Shown here: positions 36,053 to 44,190 of the stretch, in pieces
How positions within the stretch are numbered: the first letter of the stretch is position 1
Layout: every line of letters starts with the position of its first letter
Origin: a virus
Taxonomy: Duplodnaviria > Caudoviricetes
Strand: one strand, 5' to 3'
Length of the DNA stretch: 64,000 bases
IMG/VR virus record: IMGVR_UViG_3300028549_001457
Coordinates: 160,001 to 224,000 of that record
The notes under the pieces: generated by a model
What the model was told of the DNA's origin: nothing
Databases searched by the model: none
What the model saw: only the letters and a program-made list of their open reading frames with translations
Made by a program: the position numbers and the translations under genes

Positions 36053-36134
36053 GCGGGTGTTCCCTAATGGTATGGGATCAGCCTTCCAAGCTGACGCGCA
36101 AGCATTGAGGGTTCGAGTCCCTTCACCCGCTCCA
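36053..36134 (+). tRNA. tRNA-Gly(TCC) with enlarged variable region
   Basis: tcagc-ct tcc aa-gctga arm; 12 nt V region; TCCA end. Confidence 0.85.
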
Positions 36135-36155
36135 ATATTTCCTCTAGGATGACCC

Positions 36156-36770
36156 ATGCGCTTATATACTAGCCAAAGTCTAGAGGTCATAAGTCTTCTC
36201 AAACAATATAAGATTTACTTCCCCACCTATGAGAAAGCCGATATGCTTCAAGGTGACGGGATGGAGTGGTTTGAATACCTCTACCATTGGATGATGGAGC
36301 AATATAATAAGCGGAAGGGTCACGAGTTTTCCTCGGCTCCGGTTTGGTGGTATACTGATAAAAAAGAGGCCCAGCGGAACTTTCTTAGAGAAGATCACCA
36401 ATTAGGGTATGAAGAAAGGGATTCTACCGCTACTGTTTTGATTAAGGCGGAGGTTCCCGATAAATGGGTTCTTTTACATGATTCTGAGCGATGGTATTGC
36501 CCTCTGAATAATGCGTCCTGTGGTTGGGGCGCACACCCCTTGTTCTCATCTAATACTTGGACCCCTGAATTTGACGTTCTTTGGGATAAGCTGCATAATC
36601 TCTATGAGAATAATCAAGAAGCTAAGGAAGAAACCTGGAAAGAAATTTTTAATATCTCAAAAGATGGTCATCAGAATCTTCATGCTGTGACTCCATTTAT
36701 TGATCTTTACTGGATTGAAGCAAAAAAAGTTCCCGATGAAAATTATGCTAGACTTGAGCAGGAAATGTGA
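36156..36770 (+). CDS. DUF3841-like protein
   Basis: Y.WMMEQ...PVWWY...VLL.D...W..PLN...W.EIF. Confidence 0.6.
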   Translation: MRLYTSQSLEVISLLKQYKIYFPTYEKADMLQGDGMEWFEYLYHWMMEQYNKRKGHEFSSAPVWWYTDKKEAQRNFLREDHQLGYEERDSTATVLIKAEVPDKWVLLHDSERWYCPLNNASCGWGAHPLFSSNTWTPEFDVLWDKLHNLYENNQEAKEETWKEIFNISKDGHQNLHAVTPFIDLYWIEAKKVPDENYARLEQEM

Positions 36771-36785
36771 TACACTCTTTTTGTC

Positions 36786-36858
36786 GCCACTTTAGCTCAT
36801 CTGGTAGAGCACAGCTTCGGTAAAGCTGAGGTAGTCAGTTCAAGTCTGACAAGTGGCT
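36786..36858 (+). tRNA. tRNA-Thr(GGT), no encoded CCA
   Basis: cagct-tc ggt aa-agctg arm; 3' end overlapped by antisense HNH gene. Confidence 0.85.
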
Positions 36859-37628
36859 AACTTCCTGATCGCACACCGTTTTGACTGCATTAATACAGCA
36901 CGAACTGCATGTCTACTATTAAATTTGAGGATACTAGCTATTTTTTCATATGTGTATCCCTTTTCCCTAAGGTTTTGAATGGCTTGTTTTTGTTTTGAAC
37001 AAAAGCAAAATAAACAAAGCCCCTCATGTTGCTTCCTGCGTATATTTCCACAGCTAGCGCATCCTGTTTTTTGCGGACTTCGGCTCGGGTATGGTTCTAA
37101 TGGGGTCATACTAGGGTGCTCTTTGTGCCATTTACGTTCTTCCTTCATGTGGCAGGAATTGCAAAGGCATACTAGGTTATCTATTTCATGCGAGTGACTA
37201 TACATCCATGGCGTTTTATGGTGAATCGCGGGAGTCCAGGAGGGGCCTTCCGTGACCCTGGACACTCCACAGCCTTGACACGTATAATTATCTCGTTGCA
37301 GACAGAGCTTACGCTGTGATTTCCAAGTTAAACCGTTTGAGTCAGAACAAAATCGCCCCCTTGAATAATACCTATGCCCACCCTTCCACTGTAAATTTTC
37401 CGATCCAGACTTAAAAGTCGGGTGCCCTTTATGGGATGCTTTCGCACACTTTAGGCATAGATGGGCATTGCAGGCGTTCCATCGCTTGACATATTTTATA
37501 TCTCCACATAAATTGCAAATACGTTGGAAAGATCGCTGTGCAGCGTCATTGCATTTCTTTGAACAATATTTCCTTGCCTTAGTTTTTGCTTCAAATTCTT
37601 TTTCACATGTGATACATACTGTCAACAT
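36840..37628 (-). CDS. HNH endonuclease with zinc-finger repeats
   Basis: RDNYTCQGCG...IHHKTPW...NLVCLCNSCH. Confidence 0.85.
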   Translation of the reverse strand: MLTVCITCEKEFEAKTKARKYCSKKCNDAAQRSFQRICNLCGDIKYVKRWNACNAHLCLKCAKASHKGHPTFKSGSENLQWKGGHRYYSRGRFCSDSNGLTWKSQRKLCLQRDNYTCQGCGVSRVTEGPSWTPAIHHKTPWMYSHSHEIDNLVCLCNSCHMKEERKWHKEHPSMTPLEPYPSRSPQKTGCASCGNIRRKQHEGLCLFCFCSKQKQAIQNLREKGYTYEKIASILKFNSRHAVRAVLMQSKRCAIRKLATCQT

Positions 37629-37923
37629 TTTGGAGCCCCTCTAAAGGGAACTCCATGCTTACCGAAGAATATCTTTGGAATGTAGATGCTTGTATGATAT
37701 ACTCTTTAGTTAGAAGCCCTCAAAGCCTCTACACACCTAATCTCATAATGGAGTAGTTATGAACTACGAAACAGATATTTCCTTTACCTCGGATTCTTTT
37801 TCGAGTGGGCCACCTGGAATGTTTCCAGAAATCCTCCGAACCCCACATAAAATCTATGACATTACGGACCTTTTCAAGGGTTTTGTCGAAATAGATGCTC
37901 CCGAGTTACAATTTTAAGTTTCC

Positions 37924-37952
37924 TGGATATTTTAGAAATACCATCCGTATCT
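37924..37952 (+). promoter_or_regulatory. ECF-like promoter TGGATA-N16-CGTATCT
   Basis: recurring motif. Confidence 0.55.
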
Positions 37953-38029
37953 TACCTTGTTGGCCCCGATGGTTCGACTCCCACTGGGGCCAGTTTCTTT
38001 GAAAATGCTATATTGCATAGAATGATACT

Positions 38030-38331
38030 GCGCTCATGGCGGAATCGGTAGACGCCTTGGACTTCACGTAAGTATTACATGTAGAGCACTTAGTAGGAAA
38101 CTGCTGATGTGAATCCCATCAAATTCGGTGAATACCCCAAGTGGACAACGCCGAGCCAAGCCTGGAGACAGGAAGGTGTAGAGACTAGACGGTGGGGGCC
38201 TAAGGATACTAAATATCTATGGTCAAGGCATAGTCCAGCGCACAACAGGAAACTGGCCATAGCAATATGGAGTGTGATGAAAATCCAATGCCCGTAAGGG
38301 CGTCCCGGTTCGAGTCCGGGTGGGCGCACCA
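38030..38331 (+). tRNA. tRNA-Leu(TAA) split by a group I intron
   Basis: exons 38030-38064 and 38280-38331 rejoin as ttgga-ct taa aa-tccaa; long V arm; ACCA end. Confidence 0.9.
38065..38279 (+). mobile_element. group I self-splicing intron (215 nt, no ORF)
   Basis: P AAATTCGGTGAA, Q AACGCCGAGCCAAG, R GTAGAGACTAGACGG, S AAGGCATAGTCC; 5' exon ends in T, intron ends in G. Confidence 0.9.
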
Positions 38332-38673
38332 AATCTTCCGAGTATTCTCATGAGGGACTAACTATGAAAATCTGGAAAATTATTTTATGTAGTCTCTTGT
38401 CGCTGGGCATTCAAGCCTGCCAGCCAACGTTTATTCTGGAAGATACCTACCAGCAGCAAGAGATTAAAACGGGGAAACGCTAGTCAAACGGGAAGAAAGC
38501 AGTCACCTGAGTCCATTGCAAAGACGGTTGCGTTCCATACGGGAAGAAAACGCTCACCGGAAACAGGTAAACGCATATCTGAGACTAAAATGCGAAAACA
38601 TATGTTTTGGGGGTCTTAACAGTTTACAAACGGTAGATTCCCTGTTAGGATACTTATTGGAAAGGAGACTAAA

Positions 38674-39216
38674 ATGGGACACTCAAAAAGATTTCAGAAC
38701 AGAAACACGGTTTTAGCTTTATCGTGTCATTTCATCCCAATGGCTGAAATTTCACGCAGAAAAGCAATCAAGGCCATCGTCACTCGTAAGGCTGACATCA
38801 TCACTAATCCTAAGACGCTGGAGACTTCTTCTTGGATTGAGCCTGGACAACCTATTAAGATGATTATCTATAAGATGGTTTCCAAGTCTCCCGGAGAGCC
38901 CCGTTTGCACTCAGGCAACAAGGGCCTAAAGGCGATTATTCGTCGTGACGGTCATAGGTGTTGCTATTGTGGGGCTAAGCTAAAGGGTACCAACTGCACC
39001 GTGGACCACATTGTCCCACGAAGTAAGGGCGGTCAAACTAACTGGAAAAACCTCGTGGCTTGTTGTTTCCGATGCAACCAGATGAAGGGCAGCAAGCTTC
39101 TGGAAGAAAGCGGTATGACCTTACTCCGTAGGCCTACCACCCCCACCATGGTTCTCATGGAGCGCTTCCATAAGTTGGTTGATTTTGATATGTTTGAAAA
39201 AACATACGCAGACTGA
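38674..39216 (+). CDS. HNH endonuclease (McrA-like); start probably 38739
   Basis: IRRDGHRCCYCG...TVDHIVPRSKGGQTNWKNLVACCFRCNQMKG. Confidence 0.9.
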   Translation: MGHSKRFQNRNTVLALSCHFIPMAEISRRKAIKAIVTRKADIITNPKTLETSSWIEPGQPIKMIIYKMVSKSPGEPRLHSGNKGLKAIIRRDGHRCCYCGAKLKGTNCTVDHIVPRSKGGQTNWKNLVACCFRCNQMKGSKLLEESGMTLLRRPTTPTMVLMERFHKLVDFDMFEKTYAD

Positions 39217-39234
39217 TTTTACGGCACATTTTTC

Positions 39235-39263
39235 TGAACCTTTTTGAAATTTGTGCCGTATCT
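39235..39263 (+). promoter_or_regulatory. ECF-like promoter TGAACC-N16-CGTATCT
   Basis: recurring motif upstream of a long noncoding tract. Confidence 0.6.
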
Positions 39264-39331
39264 TAAACTAGTCCCCTGAGGGGGCGTTGAATCCTTGAAA
39301 ATTTGGCAACATATTTAAGTAAACTAACTAT

Positions 39332-39660
39332 GGCCTGACTAGGCACTTCGGTGCCGTAGCGCTCCAGCGTTGGTCGGGCCTCCAATCAAAACCCCGTCCT
39401 AGTAGCTTCCTAGGCTGTAATTCAAACGGCCATGAGGGGCAGTAACCCTTCGTGCAGTAAAGAGTCTCCTGGAGGCATTAACCTCTAAGGTCTGAATAGA
39501 ACGCGGCTTTTAGCTGTGAATCCAGTGAGCCAAACTGGTAGAATGAGTAGTTGCGACACTCCGGGGAATCATCAAACCCAAGGGGCAGTAAGTCAAAATG
39601 GGTTACTTCGAGAGCCTTCACAAGCTCACCATATGCAAAGACACCCACTGACGATTCCCT
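39332..39660 (+). ncRNA. large unassigned structured RNA candidate
   Basis: ORF-free; ggcctgact/ggtcgggcc and ggcac-ttcg-gtgcc stems; repeated GGGGCAGTAA. Confidence 0.45.
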
Positions 39661-39844
39661 CCCCTTGGTTTTTATAACCTAATTAACTTAGGAGGCTTAT
39701 ATGCCTGACTCAACTGGTTACTGGGGCGATGACGATGACAACAAGGTTCTTGATGCCATCGATGACGAATTTGATCGCTACGAGCGAGAAAATCCTGACG
39801 AAGATTAATTAGTCTGTATTGTTTTTATATATGATGGAGCAAGC

Positions 39845-40240
39845 ATGAATTTTACTGCAAATACCCTTTCCGAAATCTGCACGATGACTGCAACCTCGCT
39901 AAAGATTGTGTTTCCGGATCAGGATTGGACTGTGCTTCCCGAAATAAGTCCTGATAAGGGGCAAGTGGGTCTTTTCATCGCTACAATGAAGCCAGGGACC
40001 GAAAATGTTGTGGTTTCTCGTCCCATGGTTAGTATTCTGACCCCTTGGGAACTCAACAAGCATGAATTGCTTGTTGAGCTTGTGGGTGCGTTCCAGAAGG
40101 AACTCAGCGCACTAAATACCCCTGCTAGCGAAGAGGCCGCAGGAAGCCCACCCAATCCCCTGGTTCCCAGGGAATTTGTTGAGGGGGCTCCTAAGCGAAA
40201 GGGTAGGCCAGTAGGTTCAAAGAATACCCCAAAATCTTAA
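39845..40240 (+). CDS. hypothetical protein with C-terminal AT-hook-like motif
   Basis: KRKGRPVGSKN. Confidence 0.6.
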   Translation: MNFTANTLSEICTMTATSLKIVFPDQDWTVLPEISPDKGQVGLFIATMKPGTENVVVSRPMVSILTPWELNKHELLVELVGAFQKELSALNTPASEEAAGSPPNPLVPREFVEGAPKRKGRPVGSKNTPKS

Positions 40241-40293
40241 CTCATCAAACCGTGGGGGGAGTCATGACCCCCCCAGCCTCTTACCTGTAGTAT

Positions 40294-40669
40294 GGGGGTG
40301 CCATGGTTTTGACAGGTTGTTTATTTGAAGAGTAGTGCAGGTAGGGGTGGGCTGGCCCCTTTAATAAGCCCAAAAGCTATAACTGCCGAAGACACAATGC
40401 TTCTTCAGGCTGCGTAAGCAGCAACCTCTTAGTGAGCGTTTGGTAACTAAGTTGTATGTTCTTCAGAGGGTGGATTCGTCCTACTGATGGGGGATAACAG
40501 ACTGGACTCCGGTGACGCTTTCCTAGCCTGAGTTAAGAGCGTAGAGAGCAAGTCCTTGAATAGGGTTAGCCCAACTCCCTATAGAGGTCACGAAAAATGG
40601 GCTAAACCTGTGAATGAATTACCTTTAGAGGCTTCTTGGACATCGGTTCGATTCCGATCACCTCCACCA
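40294..40669 (+). ncRNA. ssrA: tmRNA, tag peptide (A)AEDTMLLQAA
   Basis: G3:U70 acceptor, TTGAC D-like loop, ATAACT-GCC resume site (40385-40417), T arm and ACCA. Confidence 0.95.
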
Positions 40670-40694
40670 TTTGGGTTTAACCGCCCACGGGGAA

Positions 40695-40842
40695 TGCTAG
40701 TGCCCCGCCGTAGTCACGATGTACCCCTAACAGTGGAAACACTGGGCCTGGAAGCGAGTCCCTTCGGAAAAGCTACTAACTGAGAATAAATCCTACTGTA
40801 ACCAATCAGGTGGACGAAAACAGTCACCCTGTAGCACTAGCA
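40695..40842 (+). ncRNA. unassigned structured RNA candidate
   Basis: closing stem tgctagtgc/gcactagca, cagtg-gaaa-cactg hairpin, T run after. Confidence 0.4.
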
Positions 40843-40981
40843 ACCTTTTTTATGTCTCCCGTAAAGGGAGTGGATTGAAACAAGCACGTTTCTTCGTGTT
40901 ACCCTATATGTGGGTTTCGGGGGATTGCCGTGGGCGGCACAGCACCGCAACGAGTAAGGCTGCGTTAGTGCCTTTTATTAA

Positions 40982-41056
40982 GCCGTAGTAGCTCAGGGGT
41001 AGAGCCCTGGTTTTGTAAACCAGTTGTCGGGGGTTCAAATCCCTCCTACGGCTCCA
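40982..41056 (+). tRNA. tRNA-Thr(TGT)
   Basis: canonical cloverleaf; TCCA end. Confidence 0.9.
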
Positions 41057-41071
41057 AGTTTAAGGACACAA

Positions 41072-41509
41072 ATGAAAACCATCATAGCAGGGTCCAGGGA
41101 AATTGAAGATTACTCTCTAGTAGAAGCCGCTGTCGCTCAATCTGGTTTTACCATTACAGAAGTAGTTTCTGGAACCGCTAGGGGTGTAGATAGATTAGGT
41201 GAAGAGTGGGCTGCGCGACACGGGGTTCCAGTCAAGCGTTTCCCAGCTAACTGGGATGCTTACAAGAAAGAGGCTGGTTTTATTCGTAATGAAGAAATGG
41301 GTCTTTATGCGGAAGCTCTTGTAGCGGTTACAAATGGTTCCAGAGGAACCCAGCATATGATCGACTATGCAACAAAACGTGGGCTAAAGGTTTTTATTTT
41401 TGAAGATCCCACACCGTCATTAATCGCTGCTTTTAACGCAAGTCCAGAAGCGAAAAAATCGTTGCTAAATGCTAACATACACATCCGAAGATCGTCTGAC
41501 TTTGAATGA
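41072..41509 (+). CDS. YspA/DUF2493-like SLOG family protein
   Basis: IIAGSR, VSGTARGVD, AGFIRNEEM, SRGTQHMI. Confidence 0.8.
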   Translation: MKTIIAGSREIEDYSLVEAAVAQSGFTITEVVSGTARGVDRLGEEWAARHGVPVKRFPANWDAYKKEAGFIRNEEMGLYAEALVAVTNGSRGTQHMIDYATKRGLKVFIFEDPTPSLIAAFNASPEAKKSLLNANIHIRRSSDFE

Positions 41510-41788
41510 GGCTGTCATGAACGCACCCACTGAAAGTCCTCCTGCTTAGGTCAAATTGACCAAGTTGGAGGTGCCAAATGGCGCTAAGTGCAAAGCACAG
41601 TAAGTCTGTGCAGAAGATGTCCACCGAGCAGTTGCAGTCGGTGGTCCAGGCTGGGACCCTTCTTTCCGCAGCGGCGAAGGCCGAGTTGCAGAAGCGGGGG
41701 GTGTCAGTCAGGAAAAAGTAGGTCTGGATCGGTAAGCCGGGGGCCGAGTAATTCCCCGGCAGTTTTACGGATGGAGGATTAATTTCCT

Positions 41789-41998
41789 ATGAAGTGCGTA
41801 CAGAATACCGTTACAAAGGAAATCCGGCGCGTGAGTGAAGATCGCGCCCTTGAATTGACCCAGAAGGATTGGGCCTTTGTTTCCAAGGAAACTTGGAAGA
41901 AGGGGGAAGGGACTTCCTGGGTGAAGAACACCACCCCTGCTAATCCGATGTCGGAGAGCAAGAAGCATCGAATTTCCAAAAAGAATGCTAGGGGGTAA
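41789..41998 (+). CDS. small basic hypothetical protein
   Basis: GGAGG RBS; MKCVQNT. Confidence 0.5.
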   Translation: MKCVQNTVTKEIRRVSEDRALELTQKDWAFVSKETWKKGEGTSWVKNTTPANPMSESKKHRISKKNARG

Positions 41999-42011
41999 TA
42001 GTTACTAGGGC

Positions 42012-42040
42012 TGGATTTATCGGGAATTTCTACCGTATCT
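42012..42040 (+). promoter_or_regulatory. ECF-like promoter TGGATT-N16-CGTATCT
   Basis: recurring motif. Confidence 0.6.
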
Positions 42041-42227
42041 TTCATTGAGGAGACTCGCATGAAAAACGGTAGTCATTCACGCCATACTTATCCCTACGAT
42101 AAGTCGCTTCCTGTTGAACTGGCGCATCAAACAGCAGGGCATCCAGCGCAAAAGCAGACCATGAAAAAGCTGCAAAAGCGTAAGGCAAGGCAGCATACTA
42201 AATTGGTCTGTAAGGAAGTTGAGTAAT

Positions 42228-42301
42228 GCGGGTGTAACTCAGTGGTAGAGTGCTAGCTTCCAAGCTGGAAGTCGAGGGTTCAAATCCCTTCACCCGCTCC
42301 A
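42228..42301 (+). tRNA. tRNA-Gly body with 6 nt anticodon loop (ttccaa)
   Basis: identical to Gly(GCC) at 18813 outside the anticodon arm; ctagc-ttccaa-gctgg. Confidence 0.7.
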
Positions 42302-42322
42302 TAACCTCTTTCACGGTGCAAG

Positions 42323-42586
42323 ATGTCTACGTGTTCCTACAATTATGTTTGTTTCTCTTGCCGCACACACTATCGTCGGAAGGCGTGGGGGGGTGGGACT
42401 GCAATTTGTGGGATATGCCAGAAGCCCTGTGTTTGTGTGGGTCATAAGTGGCGTGTGCCACCTAAGACAGACCTGAAAGCTTGGGATATCATGCTTGAAA
42501 AGTTCAGGCATTGCCTTCCAGCCGAGATCCTAGTAGGTAAATTAGAGCAAAACACACCCGGTACGCCTCTGGTTCGTAAGAATTAA
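42323..42586 (+). CDS. zinc-ribbon hypothetical protein
   Basis: VCFSCR...CGICQKPC...KWRVPPK. Confidence 0.6.
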   Translation: MSTCSYNYVCFSCRTHYRRKAWGGGTAICGICQKPCVCVGHKWRVPPKTDLKAWDIMLEKFRHCLPAEILVGKLEQNTPGTPLVRKN

Positions 42587-42731
42587 GCGCACCATCTGAC
42601 CTGGATTTACAGGCCCCCTCGGGATGCGGGTGATAGGCTGGGACAACCGGAAAGGGGTAGGTAGGCAAGTGGCTTAAGACGCTTGTTTATTGCGGCCCTC
42701 CAATGGAGTAGATAACGTAGGGCTCCTCAAT

Positions 42732-42818
42732 GCGAATGTGGCGTAACTGGTAGCCGCCCAGGTCTTAGAAGCCTGTGTCCGAAAGGGCGTGTCGGTTCGA
42801 TTCCGACCATTCGCACCA
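42732..42818 (+). tRNA. tRNA-Leu(TAG)
   Basis: caggt-ct tag aa-gcctg arm; long V arm; ACCA end. Confidence 0.9.
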
Positions 42819-42856
42819 ATCTTGTTTAGGAGATATCCTTTTAGGTAGAGGATATC

Positions 42857-43159
42857 ATGATTCACACTACTTCCCTAACAATCCATCATGATGCAGCGGG
42901 TCTGGTAAAACCTGTGCAGTCAAAATATGTTCTCATTCAGGTTATGCTGAAAGGTGCCAATATAGACCTGACGGGCTTGATCGAGCGTGAGAATGGTGGT
43001 TATGTAGGTAAAGTTAGCGTTATGGGTAAGACTATTGAATCTGAGTGGGAAGTTAGTCTTAAGTCAGCTCATAGCGGTCTTCAAAAAAGTGCTCAAAAAT
43101 TCATTGATAAACTGGGTTTGCGTGAGAAGCAGCACGAACATGAGTTTGCTCACGCTTAA
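42857..43159 (+). CDS. hypothetical protein
   Basis: AGAGG RBS. Confidence 0.55.
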   Translation: MIHTTSLTIHHDAAGLVKPVQSKYVLIQVMLKGANIDLTGLIERENGGYVGKVSVMGKTIESEWEVSLKSAHSGLQKSAQKFIDKLGLREKQHEHEFAHA

Positions 43160-43160
43160 A

Positions 43161-43301
43161 TAAAACACACGGGAATGCGTAGCTACGATGCGGTAATACC
43201 CCGTTGATCTGCATAACCTGTATCAGGGAATCTCACCTCAAGCGTGACTGATCTGTGTGCCTCGGGAGAGGCCAACATGAGGAAGGTGGGAGTGTGTTTT
43301 T
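43161..43301 (+). ncRNA. unassigned structured RNA candidate
   Basis: closing stem aaaacacac/gtgtgtttt with several internal hairpins. Confidence 0.4.
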
Positions 43302-43557
43302 ATTAGTTGTATCTGTAGCATGGGAGGCCTTATGGCTAAGGTTGATTATAGACTGGCATTGGAAAATGCTCATAAATCTCTCGCCCAGGATGAGTTTTTT
43401 AGGAGACTGAGCAAGATGGGTCCCGAGGAGCAGTCCGAGTTTCTGAAGAAATTGTCGGTTCCCGATGACGCAGTTATTGAAGTTGGAGAAGAATCCTAAT
43501 TTTTTCTTTTAATGAAATTAATTCCTGGTATCTCTCTTAGGTAAGATCCTTGACAAT

Positions 43558-43773
43558 TTGTCCAGTAGCGAGTATCCGGTTACTTCGTTAATATGACTCA
43601 GTGTTATATTTACCTTGGATGTAAGGTCCCGAAGGAACCACCTGAAGGTAGGGGGGTTAGCGTAAAAACTAACCTTGAGATACATGAGTAACTTCCCTCA
43701 TGGCATCTCTTATCGGGTGGGCATCCCACAGATGCTTAAAAAGTGAACCCCGTATACGTTAATCTCTGGACAG
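43558..43773 (+). ncRNA. Y-like RNA 5 with large multi-hairpin payload
   Basis: tgtccag/ctggaca, TAG, gtatccgg/ccgtatac, TTACTTC; about 170 nt insert. Confidence 0.65.
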
Positions 43774-43779
43774 CACTTT

Positions 43780-43837
43780 CACGGTAGCAAGTAAAGAGTT
43801 CCTTCGGCTATGAAACTCTATACAACAAACCTCCGTG
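43780..43837 (+). ncRNA. minimal Y-like RNA 6
   Basis: cacgg/ccgtg, TAG, gta..gagtt/aactc..tac, TTCCTTC variant. Confidence 0.5.
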
Positions 43838-43845
43838 TTCTTTCC

Positions 43846-43876
43846 GGCCCCTCCTACTCCGAGGGGCTTTTTCTTT
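43846..43876 (+). terminator. intrinsic terminator after Y-like RNAs 5 and 6
   Basis: gcccctc/gaggggc stem plus T run. Confidence 0.75.
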
Positions 43877-44086
43877 AGGTGAGGAACTGTCATGTACATA
43901 ACATCTACACAGTATTCAACTTATTTGGATTCTTACGAAAAGCAGGGCCACCTAATACAAGGCAACCCTTTGGGGAGACTCTTCTGTTCTGATTTTAATA
44001 TATCAGATCCTGACCTCTTTCGAGAAAACGATAATAAGGTGGCCGCAGCCTTAATCAGAAAAAGATATGTAGCCTAAAAAATTTTC

Positions 44087-44115
44087 TGGACTTTTGAATA
44101 ACTTTCTGCGTATTA
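44087..44115 (+). promoter_or_regulatory. ECF-like promoter TGGACT-N16-CGTATTA of the Ro60 gene
   Basis: recurring motif variant. Confidence 0.55.
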
Positions 44116-44190
44116 TATCTATGGCGACCAAATAGATGGTCCCCGCATCTCCCTGGCGCACTAGGGTAGCACATAGAAGGACGGTGCCCC

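Noticed and set aside
40695-40842. TPP or other known riboswitch
   Set aside because: CTGAGA is present but the rest of the TPP consensus is missing, and a tRNA rather than a regulated CDS follows.
42228-42301. tRNA-Trp(CCA)
   Set aside because: A 7 nt loop around CCA breaks the anticodon stem; the body and U73 are those of tRNA-Gly.
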